Below are positions 28,043-37,810 of a stretch of DNA of 58,005 nt, one piece after another. The position numbers and the translations under genes are program-made. Below the pieces are notes generated by a model, which had not been told where the DNA came from, searched no databases, and was given only the letters and a program-made list of their open reading frames with translations. How positions within the stretch are numbered: the first letter of the stretch is position 1; every line of letters begins with the position of its first letter. The DNA lies in NCBI GenBank assembly GCA_035439185.1, contig DAORJS010000001.1, positions 1-58,005 of the forward strand, read 5' to 3'. The DNA is from Chitinophagaceae bacterium. Its GTDB lineage: Bacteria; Bacteroidota; Bacteroidia; Chitinophagales; Chitinophagaceae.

Positions 28043-30073
28043 ATGATTTTATTTCGATACATCCTGGTACTCATCCTGATTTTTCAATATCCGCTGCTGT
28101 TTGCGCAAAGGGATACCATTGATTTCAACAACAACTGGGTATTTGTGGCAGACAAAAATGGAGAGGGTAACACCGGTAAATGGTTTGAGCGGCCATTGGC
28201 TGGCGCAAAACCAGTATCTCTTCCGCATACATGGAATATTGAAACGGCAACTGAACGGCATTATGGATGGGGCTGGTATCAGAAAAAATTCAAAGTTGAG
28301 TCAGCCTGGAAATCCCGAAATCTGCAGCTCCGGTTCGGCGCAATCAATCACAGTTCAGTGATCTATTTAAACGGAGTGAAGATTGCAGAAAATACAGGTG
28401 ACGGATACAGTAAATTTTATGTAGATCTCAATAGCAAGGTAAAATATGGAAGAGAAAATGTTATCACTATTGCCGTGAATAATGATTACGGAAAGAACAA
28501 AGTACCATACGGTAGTTCGTTTGACTGGCCCAATGATGGCGGGATAATCCGTAAGGCTGTATTACTCATCAGCGGAAAATCGTCCGCTGACTACATCACA
28601 GCGAGAACACATTTGAACGTAAAAGATAGTTCAGGGTCATTGCGGATTAAACTTGGTATGGATAGCAGCCGTTTTCGCCGAACTGCAATTGCAGTAGATA
28701 TCCGGGAAGAGAATCAACCTGAAAAAAATCTGCTGTTCAGTGGCCGGGTGAGTCCTGTTTGGGTGAATGGCGAAGCGATTGCAGCATTACAACTTCCCCG
28801 CGTACATCCCTGGCATTTCGATTTTCCGAATCTGTACCGGATAACCGTCACTGTGTTGGATGGAGCAAAGGTTTCCGACAGATTGTCATTAGTAGTTGGA
28901 TTTCGGGAAATAAAATTTGAAAACGGGAAATTGTATTTGAACGGGGAGCGGGTGAAACTGATGGGTGTTGAATGGACGGCAGGAAGCAATCCTGATTTTG
29001 GTTTGGCTGAAACAGATTCATTGATCCTTAGCCAATGCCGGTTAATGAAGCAGGTGAACTGCATTTTTACCCGTCAGCATTTTCAGCAAGATGAATTATT
29101 CTATGACTTTTGTGACCGCGAGGGGATTCTGGTGCAGCAGGAGTTGCCCTTGTGGGGTCCCGAAACCCCTTCAAACGATTCCATTTCTTCAATAGCAAGT
29201 TTACAACTGGATCGTATGATCCGGAACTTCGGCCATCATCCCAGCATTTTTTCCTGGGGCGTTGGAAATGAATTGCGAGGCCGCGATGCCGATATCAAAA
29301 AATTGATTGAAAACTTAATAACACAAGCGAGGCGATCAGATTCCACCCGTTTTGTTTCATATGTCAGCAACACCCTCACTCATCGTTTTTACAACCATCC
29401 CGGTTTTATCCCGGATGCTGCCAGTTCCGGTGATTTTATTATGATGAATGAATATGGTGGGAGCTGGTGGGATATCCCGCAGGGACAGATACATGCCTAC
29501 CTGGACAGTGTACACCTGAGTTATCCCGAAAAGCCTTTTTTCATTTCTGAATTTGGTTTATGTGAGCCCAATTTCAGAGGGGGAGATCAGCGGCGTGTGG
29601 AGGATTTAATCTATCATATGGCAGTGTATGAAAGCAAACCTTATATAGAAGGCGCCATTTATTTTGACCTGACCGATTATCGCACCCATTATCCCGGTAC
29701 ATCTGATACGGGTAAGTTCAGAAGAAGAATACATGGGATATATGATATGTATGGAAATCCAAAACCATCGATGACCGTTTTACGTGATCTTTCTTCCCCT
29801 GTTGAATTACAACAGGTGAGACGGGGGAAAAAAGGAAAGCTGAATATATTGGCTTTTGGAAGCCTTGGATTGCCGCAGCATAAAGCAAGTGGGTACAAAT
29901 TGTATGTTTCCGCAAAACCAGAACAATTTATTACAGGCAAATCATACAGACTGCCCGCTATTGATCCGGGGCAAAGAATCGATTTTGAAGTGGATGACAT
30001 AAATAATGGAAAAATATGTGTGACAATAGTAAGACCAACAGGACATGTAGTGACACAACGGTGTTTTGATTAG
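28043..30073 (+). CDS. GH2 glycoside hydrolase (specificity uncertain)
   Basis: VSLPHTWN, GWYQKKF, GGIIR, GFREIKF, HPSIFSWGVGNE (acid/base), ISEFG (nucleophile). Confidence 0.88.
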   Translation: MILFRYILVLILIFQYPLLFAQRDTIDFNNNWVFVADKNGEGNTGKWFERPLAGAKPVSLPHTWNIETATERHYGWGWYQKKFKVESAWKSRNLQLRFGAINHSSVIYLNGVKIAENTGDGYSKFYVDLNSKVKYGRENVITIAVNNDYGKNKVPYGSSFDWPNDGGIIRKAVLLISGKSSADYITARTHLNVKDSSGSLRIKLGMDSSRFRRTAIAVDIREENQPEKNLLFSGRVSPVWVNGEAIAALQLPRVHPWHFDFPNLYRITVTVLDGAKVSDRLSLVVGFREIKFENGKLYLNGERVKLMGVEWTAGSNPDFGLAETDSLILSQCRLMKQVNCIFTRQHFQQDELFYDFCDREGILVQQELPLWGPETPSNDSISSIASLQLDRMIRNFGHHPSIFSWGVGNELRGRDADIKKLIENLITQARRSDSTRFVSYVSNTLTHRFYNHPGFIPDAASSGDFIMMNEYGGSWWDIPQGQIHAYLDSVHLSYPEKPFFISEFGLCEPNFRGGDQRRVEDLIYHMAVYESKPYIEGAIYFDLTDYRTHYPGTSDTGKFRRRIHGIYDMYGNPKPSMTVLRDLSSPVELQQVRRGKKGKLNILAFGSLGLPQHKASGYKLYVSAKPEQFITGKSYRLPAIDPGQRIDFEVDDINNGKICVTIVRPTGHVVTQRCFD

Positions 30074-30090
30074 CTTTCAATAAGCATCTG

Positions 30091-32664
30091 ATGAAAAAAA
30101 CAGCTACAATAATTTTATTTTATTTACTGCTGACAGGAATTGGCAAGGGACAGGTACGGCTACCTTTATTTCATGACTCCCTGTTCACCACCTATTATCA
30201 TCAGCGGTGGAGTCAGTTTCAATTACTCCCGCAAACAAAGGGGGATATCGTTTTTATAGGAAACAGTATTACTGATGGCGGGGAATGGGCAGAGCTCTTC
30301 GGTGATATCCGGGTGAAAAACAGGGGAATCAGTGGGGATGTTTCAGCGGGTGTCCTGAAACGGTTGGAAGAAATAGCAACCCGGCGACCTGCCTGCTTAT
30401 TCATCATGATTGGAATCAATGACCTTGCCAGGGGGCTGAGTGTGGATGCTGTATTTGGTAACATCCAACTGGCAGTAGATTATATGCGATATAAGAGCAT
30501 TTCGACCCGGATCTATGTTCAAAGCTTATTGCCGGTTTCTGCTCAATTCGGAAAATTCAGCGGTCATACCAATAAGACGGATTCAATTCTCAGATTGAAC
30601 CGGTTGTTGAAAAAGGCTGCCTCGGAAAAAGGCTATATTTATCTGGATATCTATTCACATTTTTGTGATGAAACAGGAAGACTGTCTTCTCGTTTTACCA
30701 ATGACGGGCTTCATCTTTCAGGTGAAGGTTACCTTTTGTGGAAGCATCTCATATTTCCAGCAGTCACCGGTTTGCAGGAAAGACCCTCACTGTTACCCAC
30801 TCCCCGCGAACTGAAATGGAAGTATGGAAATTTTCCTGTTTATCGCACTACAGCAATTGTAATCACAGATACTGCTATTACCAGAGAAGCAAATTTGATA
30901 AAACAAATGATCTCGGGGATTGCACCGGCTGTTTCCATAAAAAGCCGGCCGGATCCGGGAGAACTGTCAATAGAATTAATCATCGAACGGGGTGGAGCAG
31001 GAAAAAGTTTGCCCGGGGCTTATCAATTACAGGTCACGCCCGGTTTCATCCGGCTGAAAGCAGATTCACCAAACGGAATTTTCAACGGGGTACAAACATT
31101 ACAACAACTGATGCGTGATGGAGTGATGGTGGATTGTTGTGAAATCTCAGATCGTCCGGCTTTCCCCTGGCGTGGCTACATGGTTGATGTCGGAAGGAAT
31201 TATATGTCTATACAGCTTTTGAAAGAGCAAATAGACATCATGTCCCGATATAAGCTGAATGTTTTTCATTTTCATGTAACAGAAGATATTGCCTGGCGGC
31301 TGGCTTCAGATAAATATCCGCAGCTCACAGCACCTGAACATATGCTTCGGAATAAGGGTCAATATTATTCCAAAGAGGAGATACGGGACCTGATTGCCTA
31401 TTGCAATGAACGGTATATCCGTTTTGTTCCTGAAATAGACATGCCGGGTCATAGTGCCGCCTTCAGCAGGGCTATGGGAACCGATATGCAATCAGATAGC
31501 GGTCTGCTGATTTGTAAAAATATTCTGAAGGAGTTATGCGATAGCTTTGATCTGTCAATGATTCATATTGGTGGTGACGAAGTAAAAATCACTCAGAAAA
31601 AATTCATGCCGGAAATCGTCCAGTTTCTGCGTTCCCTCGGAAAGACTGTACTGGCCTGGGACCCTGGTGGTAATGTTCCGGAAGGAACTTATTTGCAGAT
31701 GTGGAACGGGAAGACGGTTCCAAGGAAAAAGTATCCCTCTATCGATTCACGGCATCTGTACCTAAATCATTTTGATCCGCTGGAAGGGGTAGTGGCAACT
31801 TTCAACCATATTATATGTGATACCGATTCGGCCACAACTGAGAGGTTGGGTGCAACGCTCTGCAACTGGCCCGACAGAAGAGTTGCAGATGAATTGGATT
31901 TGATCAAGATGAATGCAGTGTATCCTGTTATGATCAGTTTCGCGGAAAGATGCTGGCAGGGTAGCGGGGTCCGTAATTTTTCATCTTTAATTGATACTTC
32001 GGTTTCCTCTCCTGTTTTGAAATTCGGTGTGTTTGAAAAGAAGTTATTGGATCATCAAAAACATTTTTTCCGGAATCTTTCATTTCCTTATCAGGCTCAA
32101 CGTGAAATTGAATGGAAACTCATCGGTCCTTACCCTAATGCCGGAGATACAAAAGCTGTATTCGCGCCGGAGACACCTGGTTTTATGGATACCCTGAATT
32201 GGCATCATTATGCTTCCTTTTATGGGGGAACGATCTGGTTGCGGCATTTCTGGCACCCAATGATCCAATCACAATTGTCTGATCCGGAAGATAGTACCAC
32301 CTGGTATGCTATCCGGCGGATTTGGAGCGATGAAGATGCTCAAAAGAAATGCTGGATCGGATTTAATAATCTTTCCCGTTCCCCCGCCACCGATTCTCCT
32401 CCGATTGGCAAATGGGATAACAGAGGTAGTGCTGTTTGGGTGAACGGAAAATTGGTACCGGCACCAGTTTGGAAAAGAGGTAGTCAGAAAGGACATTCGG
32501 AAATTCCATTGACTGATGAGGGATATGAATACAGAGCTCCTACACTGGTTAATTTTAAGAAAGGCTGGAACATTGTACTAATTAAAGCACCTGTTGCAGG
32601 GTTTAAAAGCGAATGGCAGAATCCGTTGAAGTGGATGTTCACTTTTGTAGTGCTTGATGACTGA
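30091..32664 (+). CDS. Fusion protein: N-terminal SGNH/GDSL esterase plus GH20 beta-hexosaminidase
   Basis: SGNH blocks FIGNSIT, RGISGD, IGINDL, DGLH; then WRGYMVDVGRNY, PEIDMPGH, HIGGDE. Confidence 0.88.
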   Translation: MKKTATIILFYLLLTGIGKGQVRLPLFHDSLFTTYYHQRWSQFQLLPQTKGDIVFIGNSITDGGEWAELFGDIRVKNRGISGDVSAGVLKRLEEIATRRPACLFIMIGINDLARGLSVDAVFGNIQLAVDYMRYKSISTRIYVQSLLPVSAQFGKFSGHTNKTDSILRLNRLLKKAASEKGYIYLDIYSHFCDETGRLSSRFTNDGLHLSGEGYLLWKHLIFPAVTGLQERPSLLPTPRELKWKYGNFPVYRTTAIVITDTAITREANLIKQMISGIAPAVSIKSRPDPGELSIELIIERGGAGKSLPGAYQLQVTPGFIRLKADSPNGIFNGVQTLQQLMRDGVMVDCCEISDRPAFPWRGYMVDVGRNYMSIQLLKEQIDIMSRYKLNVFHFHVTEDIAWRLASDKYPQLTAPEHMLRNKGQYYSKEEIRDLIAYCNERYIRFVPEIDMPGHSAAFSRAMGTDMQSDSGLLICKNILKELCDSFDLSMIHIGGDEVKITQKKFMPEIVQFLRSLGKTVLAWDPGGNVPEGTYLQMWNGKTVPRKKYPSIDSRHLYLNHFDPLEGVVATFNHIICDTDSATTERLGATLCNWPDRRVADELDLIKMNAVYPVMISFAERCWQGSGVRNFSSLIDTSVSSPVLKFGVFEKKLLDHQKHFFRNLSFPYQAQREIEWKLIGPYPNAGDTKAVFAPETPGFMDTLNWHHYASFYGGTIWLRHFWHPMIQSQLSDPEDSTTWYAIRRIWSDEDAQKKCWIGFNNLSRSPATDSPPIGKWDNRGSAVWVNGKLVPAPVWKRGSQKGHSEIPLTDEGYEYRAPTLVNFKKGWNIVLIKAPVAGFKSEWQNPLKWMFTFVVLDD

Positions 32665-32956
32665 TCATTGATCTGCTAAAGAAATGTCTGAATTGGACGG
32701 ATTCTAAACATTTCATACCTCTGTTAAGGATAAAATGAAGGCATTTCAGCTCAAGTAATTATTAGCGTATTATCTGATCAGGTATTCCTGACAAATGCCC
32801 TCTAAATCAAACCGCTGACCCAATACCCCGCCAGCCTTTGGGAAAATAATCCATCAAATCAGTAAAACCTTCCATTTAGCCGCTGCCTTTGCGGGGTTAC
32901 TTTTAATATGCCGGGAATAGGGAATCCCCCTTCCGGCATAACGATTAATCATTGCC

Positions 32957-33397
32957 ATGTTCACCCGGAAGTATTACGAGGATTTTACACTGAACGAGAC
33001 CCGTCAAACCAGCGCCAGGACCATCTCCGCCGAGGATATAGATTTCCATGCCAAAGAGTCCGGCGACTTTTTCCCCCATCATATGGATGAAGCCTGGTGC
33101 AATACCCAGCCTTTCAAACACCGGATCGCCCATGGTACCCTCATTTTTACCGTTGCCGTCGGACTGACCGCCGACCTGATCAACGAGGTATCCATGACCT
33201 ATGGCTATGACCGGCTCCGCTTTATCAATCCGGTTTTTATTAATGACAGCATACAGGTGACCGTGACCATCAAGGATAAAAAAGACCATAAAAAACCAGG
33301 GTACGGACTGGTAACCGAACTGGTGGAATGTTTTAACCAACAGGGCGAACTGGTGATGGTCTGTGAGCATTTATTACTGGTGAATAAAAAAGACTAA
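32957..33397 (+). CDS. MaoC/PaaZ-like hot-dog-fold acyl-CoA dehydratase
   Basis: [18 protein letters not shown] (D-x4-H dyad), [27 protein letters not shown]. Confidence 0.88.
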   Translation: MFTRKYYEDFTLNETRQTSARTISAEDIDFHAKESGDFFPHHMDEAWCNTQPFKHRIAHGTLIFTVAVGLTADLINEVSMTYGYDRLRFINPVFINDSIQVTVTIKDKKDHKKPGYGLVTELVECFNQQGELVMVCEHLLLVNKKD

Positions 33398-33403
33398 TCA
33401 ACA

Positions 33404-34567
33404 ATGGCAGCAGTTTTAAGAGGCATAACATGGGGGCACAGCAGGGGAATTACTCCCCTGCTTGCTGCTTCCCAGCGCTATGAAGAACTGCACCCGGGAG
33501 TACAAATCAGCTGGACCAAGAGAACCCTCCAGGAATTTGCCGATTTCCCGATTGAAGCATTGACAAAGGAATATGACCTGCTGATTATTGATCATCCCTG
33601 GGTAGGTTGCTCTGCTGCCACCCGCTGTGTACTGCCCTTAAATCAATACCTGCCCACTACTTATTTACAAAACCAGGAGCAAAACTCAATCGGCGGTTCA
33701 CATGAAAGTTATTTTTATGAAGGAGGCCAATGGGCCCTCGCCATTGATGCGGCTACTCCTGCAGCCAGCTATCGCAAAGATTTACTCGAACAATATGAAA
33801 CCGCTCTTCCCCAAACCTGGGAAGATCTGCTGGCAATAGCCGGCAAAGGTAAACTGGCGGTTCCTGCCATTCCGATCGACCTGCTGATGAATTTTTATTC
33901 CTTCTGCATCGCGCATGGAAATAAACCATTTGACAATGAAGAAGAGTTGATTGACCCTGAAACCGGACTGGCAGCAATTGAAACCATGCTCGAGTTATAT
34001 TCAAAAATTGATGCCCGTTTTTTTTCCTGTAACCCGATTGCCGTGGCAGAATTAATGAGCAGTACCAATGATTACTGGTACTGCCCCTTTGCTTATGCCT
34101 ATAGCAATTATTCAAGAAGCGGCTATGCGAAATACTTACTGCATTATACCGATGTAGTTTCCTTCCAGGGTAAAAAACTCCGCACCACCATTGGCGGAAC
34201 CGGTATTGCAGTGTCCGCTTCAAGTAATCACACTGATATCGCAGTTGATTTTGCGCAATGGGTCGTGAGTGAGGAAATTCAGCAAACGCTATATGCAGAA
34301 CATGGCGGACAACCCGGTCATTTAAAAGCCTGGCAAAATGATAACAATAACCGGCTGACCCATGATTTCTTCCGTTCGGTTTTACCCGTGATGCAAAATG
34401 GATATATCCGTCCCCGTTATAATGGCTATTTACATTTTCAGGATCAGGCAGGCGATCCCCTGCAAAAATGCCTGAAGGGAACCATCACTGCAAAGAATGC
34501 GCTGGATCAAATGAACCATATTTACCGCCAGCACCCGGCGCACCCAAAACAATTTGCCAAGGCATGA
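33404..34567 (+). CDS. Family-1 solute-binding-protein fold, lacking a signal peptide
   Basis: LRGITWGHSRG, YDLLIIDHPWVG, WALAIDAA..ASYRKDLL, PQTWEDL, IGGTGIAVSA resemble CUT1 solute-binding proteins. No hydrophobic N-terminus or lipobox. Confidence 0.75.
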   Translation: MAAVLRGITWGHSRGITPLLAASQRYEELHPGVQISWTKRTLQEFADFPIEALTKEYDLLIIDHPWVGCSAATRCVLPLNQYLPTTYLQNQEQNSIGGSHESYFYEGGQWALAIDAATPAASYRKDLLEQYETALPQTWEDLLAIAGKGKLAVPAIPIDLLMNFYSFCIAHGNKPFDNEEELIDPETGLAAIETMLELYSKIDARFFSCNPIAVAELMSSTNDYWYCPFAYAYSNYSRSGYAKYLLHYTDVVSFQGKKLRTTIGGTGIAVSASSNHTDIAVDFAQWVVSEEIQQTLYAEHGGQPGHLKAWQNDNNNRLTHDFFRSVLPVMQNGYIRPRYNGYLHFQDQAGDPLQKCLKGTITAKNALDQMNHIYRQHPAHPKQFAKA

Positions 34568-36915
34568 ATAAACTTCCACTGCACGGTTTAGTGGTGCTGG
34601 AATTCAGCCAGTATTTATCCGCTCCTTCGGCCGGTCTTCGATTGGCTGATCTTGGCGCCCGTGTAATTAAAATAGAAAGACCCGGTACCGGAGATGCAGG
34701 CCGCAAACTGGCGATCAAGAATCTCTGGGTGGGAGATGATTCCTTATTATTTCATACCATCAACCGTAATAAAGAAAGTTTTACGGCAGATATGAAGGAT
34801 CCGCAGGATCTCGCCTTACTGCAAAAACTGATTGCTAAATCAGATATCATTATTCATAATTTCCGGCCCGGTGTGATGGAAAAAAACGGTTTGGGTTATG
34901 AAGCAGTGAAACAAATAAATCCAACCGCTGTTTATGCATCTATTTCAGGATACGGCAATACCGGCTCCTGGAAAAATAAACCCGGACAGGATCTCTTGTT
35001 GCAATCCATTGCCGGATTGGCATTCACCACCGGGAATGCAGCCGAAATGCCCATGCCATTCGGATTGGCGATTGGTGATATTTTAGCCGGAGCTCAATTG
35101 GTTCAGGGCATCCTGGCTGCCATTGTATCCAGAGAAAAAACCGGTCATGGCGCGCTGATTGAAATCAGTCTGCTCGAAACCCTGATTGATTTTCAGTTTG
35201 AACTGCTTACCACTTTTTTTGCCAGCAATCAACAACCCCAACGAAGTCAGATTAACAGCGGACATACCTTACTCAGCGCTCCCTATGGTATTTATAAAAC
35301 GGCAGATGGCTACCTGGCCCTTGCCATGATGCCATTACCCGAACTGGCTGAAGCTATCGCCTGTGAAGAACTGAAACAATATGCTGCAGCTGATGCTTTT
35401 GAAAAAAGAGATGAGATTAAAAAACTTATTGCAGCACACCTGCGTACCCAATCCGGTAATCACTGGCTTACTCAACTTCGCCAAAGAGATCTCTGGGCTG
35501 CTGAGGTGTTGAACTGGCAGCAGCTGAAAGAACATGAAGCCTATCGTCGGCTGGAGATGGAACAGATAGTGGGTATGAATGGTTCTTCCATTGTTACTAC
35601 CCGTTGTCCGCTGAAATTGAACGGCCATACACTCACCAGCAATAAACCGGCTCCGGCCCTGGGGGTAAATACAAAAGATATTATCAATCAGCTGATCAAC
35701 GGATCGGCAGCGACAATCAATAAAGAAAAAGTATTTCAACAAGAAGGTGCCGGATTGCTCAGCAATCTGCTGGTCATTGATTTCAGCCAGTTTCTTTCCG
35801 GTCCCTATGCCACGCTTCGTTTGGCAGATTTAGGAGCAGAAGTGATCAAGATCGAAAAAACGGGAACCGGTGATATCTGCCGGAATCTCTATGTGAGTGA
35901 TGTAAAGATTGAAGGAGAGTCCACCATCTTCCATGCCATCAATCGCAATAAAAAAAGTTACCAGGCCAATCTTAAAGATGAAGGGGAATTACAACAGATC
36001 AAATCCCTGATTGAAAAAGCAGATGTGCTGGTGCATAATTTCCGGCCGGGAGTAATGGAAAGACTGGGACTATCCTATGAAGCAGTAAAAGCGATCAATC
36101 CTTCGATTGTATATGCTGAAATCAGTGGTTATGGTACCGATGGTCCCTGGAAGGATTTACCCGGACAGGATTTATTGTTACAGGCTGTATCCGGATTAAC
36201 CTGGCTCAGCAATAATGATGGAGAGAATCCCACTCCGATGGGAGTGGCCGTAGTGGATATGCTGGCCGGTACGCATCTCGCTCAGGGCATATTAGCAGCC
36301 ATCTATCAAAAACAAAAAACCGGAGAAGGTTCACTGGTTCAGGTCAGTATGCTGGAGAGTATTCTTGATTTTCAGTTTGAAGTCCTCACCTGTTTTTATA
36401 ATGATGGTCACCAGTTACCACAAAGAAGCAGTATCAATAATGCCCATGCCTATGTGGCGGCACCTTATGGTATCTATCAAACCAAAGACAGTTACCTGGC
36501 CCTGGCCATGACCGATATTGTACGATTAGGTCAGCTTATCAGTTGTGAAGCCCTGACCCGGTACACCAATCAAAAGGAATGGTTTTCTAAAAGGGATGAG
36601 ATCAAAAAAATTATTGCCACTCATCTGGCCACTGGCAGCAATGCCCATTGGTTATCCATTCTTGAAAAAGCCGATGTATGGTGTGCACCGGTTTTCAATT
36701 ACGAAGAACTGATTAAACAGGAAGCCTTCCGTAATCTCGATATGGTGATGCCCGTAAAAACCGGTAAAGGGTTCAGTCTGGATACAACCCGCTGCCCGAT
36801 CCGGGTAAACGGGCAGATCCTGCGTGCACCGATGGGAGCCCCGCTGCTGGGAGAACATAATGCAGTGATCAGCAAAAGGTATAATTTGCAGGAGCCTGTA
36901 ACAACGCCACAATAA
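34564..36915 (+). CDS. Tandem-fused double family III (CaiB/BaiF) CoA-transferase
   Basis: Two full copies of FSQ(Y/F)LS(A/G)P...LADLGA.VIKIE...INRNK.S...HNFRPGVME...ISGYG..G.W...PGQDLLLQ...D. Start ATG 34564 overlaps the upstream stop (ATGA). Confidence 0.92.
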   Translation: MNKLPLHGLVVLEFSQYLSAPSAGLRLADLGARVIKIERPGTGDAGRKLAIKNLWVGDDSLLFHTINRNKESFTADMKDPQDLALLQKLIAKSDIIIHNFRPGVMEKNGLGYEAVKQINPTAVYASISGYGNTGSWKNKPGQDLLLQSIAGLAFTTGNAAEMPMPFGLAIGDILAGAQLVQGILAAIVSREKTGHGALIEISLLETLIDFQFELLTTFFASNQQPQRSQINSGHTLLSAPYGIYKTADGYLALAMMPLPELAEAIACEELKQYAAADAFEKRDEIKKLIAAHLRTQSGNHWLTQLRQRDLWAAEVLNWQQLKEHEAYRRLEMEQIVGMNGSSIVTTRCPLKLNGHTLTSNKPAPALGVNTKDIINQLINGSAATINKEKVFQQEGAGLLSNLLVIDFSQFLSGPYATLRLADLGAEVIKIEKTGTGDICRNLYVSDVKIEGESTIFHAINRNKKSYQANLKDEGELQQIKSLIEKADVLVHNFRPGVMERLGLSYEAVKAINPSIVYAEISGYGTDGPWKDLPGQDLLLQAVSGLTWLSNNDGENPTPMGVAVVDMLAGTHLAQGILAAIYQKQKTGEGSLVQVSMLESILDFQFEVLTCFYNDGHQLPQRSSINNAHAYVAAPYGIYQTKDSYLALAMTDIVRLGQLISCEALTRYTNQKEWFSKRDEIKKIIATHLATGSNAHWLSILEKADVWCAPVFNYEELIKQEAFRNLDMVMPVKTGKGFSLDTTRCPIRVNGQILRAPMGAPLLGEHNAVISKRYNLQEPVTTPQ

Positions 36916-36916
36916 T

Positions 36917-37774
36917 ATGTCACGCATCATTGATACCCATATCCATGTCTGGGATTTTAGCCGGGCTGAATACCCGTGGCTGAAAGGTGATACCTCTGTA
37001 TTGAATCGTACTTATTCCATTGATGAAATAAAAGAAGAAAGAGTCCTTGCCGGTATTACCGATGGCGTAATGGTACAGGCCAGTTGCAATATGGAGGATA
37101 CCCGCCTGATGCTGGAAGTAGCGTCACAGAACGAATGGATTCATGGAGTGGTTTGCTGGCTGCCTTTATTGGATACTAAAGAAACAGCCCGTTTACTGGA
37201 AGAAGAACTGTTACCGGATCCTTATTTCGTTGGAATACGGCACCTCATTCATGATGAACCCGATACCCAATGGTTATTACAACCAGCGGTAATTGAAAGT
37301 TTACAATTGCTCGCCGGGCATCATAAACCCTATGATGTAGTGGGCGTGAAGCCGGAACATATTGAAACAGTTTTGAAAGTGGCCGGTAAAGTGCCCGGTT
37401 TGAAATTTGTTTTTGATCACCTGAATGCACCTCCGATTCCAGCCAAAGAACAATTTGGCCGCTGGGGCAGTCTGATGAAAGAAGCAGCAGCACATCCACA
37501 GTTCCATGCAAAGATTTCCGGATTGGGAACAGCATCCGGTAACTTTGAGGGAAGAACTACGGAAGATATTAAACCTTATGTGGCTTTTGTGCTGGAGCAT
37601 TTTGGAACGGATCGTTGTTTTTGCGGGGGCGACTGGCCCGTGAGTCTGCTGGCCAATTCCTATCAACAGACCTGGGTGAATACAAGGTCCATCCTGGAAT
37701 CATTGCTGGGAAAAGAAGAACTGGAAGCTGTATATTTTTCAAATGCCAACCGGTTCTATCAGTTAGGATTATAA
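36917..37774 (+). CDS. Amidohydrolase-family sugar lactonase (COG3618; L-fucono/L-galactono-1,5-lactonase-like)
   Basis: IIDTHIHVWD, GIRHLIHDEPD, FDHL, KISGL, GGDWPV. Confidence 0.85.
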   Translation: MSRIIDTHIHVWDFSRAEYPWLKGDTSVLNRTYSIDEIKEERVLAGITDGVMVQASCNMEDTRLMLEVASQNEWIHGVVCWLPLLDTKETARLLEEELLPDPYFVGIRHLIHDEPDTQWLLQPAVIESLQLLAGHHKPYDVVGVKPEHIETVLKVAGKVPGLKFVFDHLNAPPIPAKEQFGRWGSLMKEAAAHPQFHAKISGLGTASGNFEGRTTEDIKPYVAFVLEHFGTDRCFCGGDWPVSLLANSYQQTWVNTRSILESLLGKEELEAVYFSNANRFYQLGL

Positions 37775-37810
37775 TGATAATGTTTTTCGAATAAACGATT
37801 AAGCGATTTC

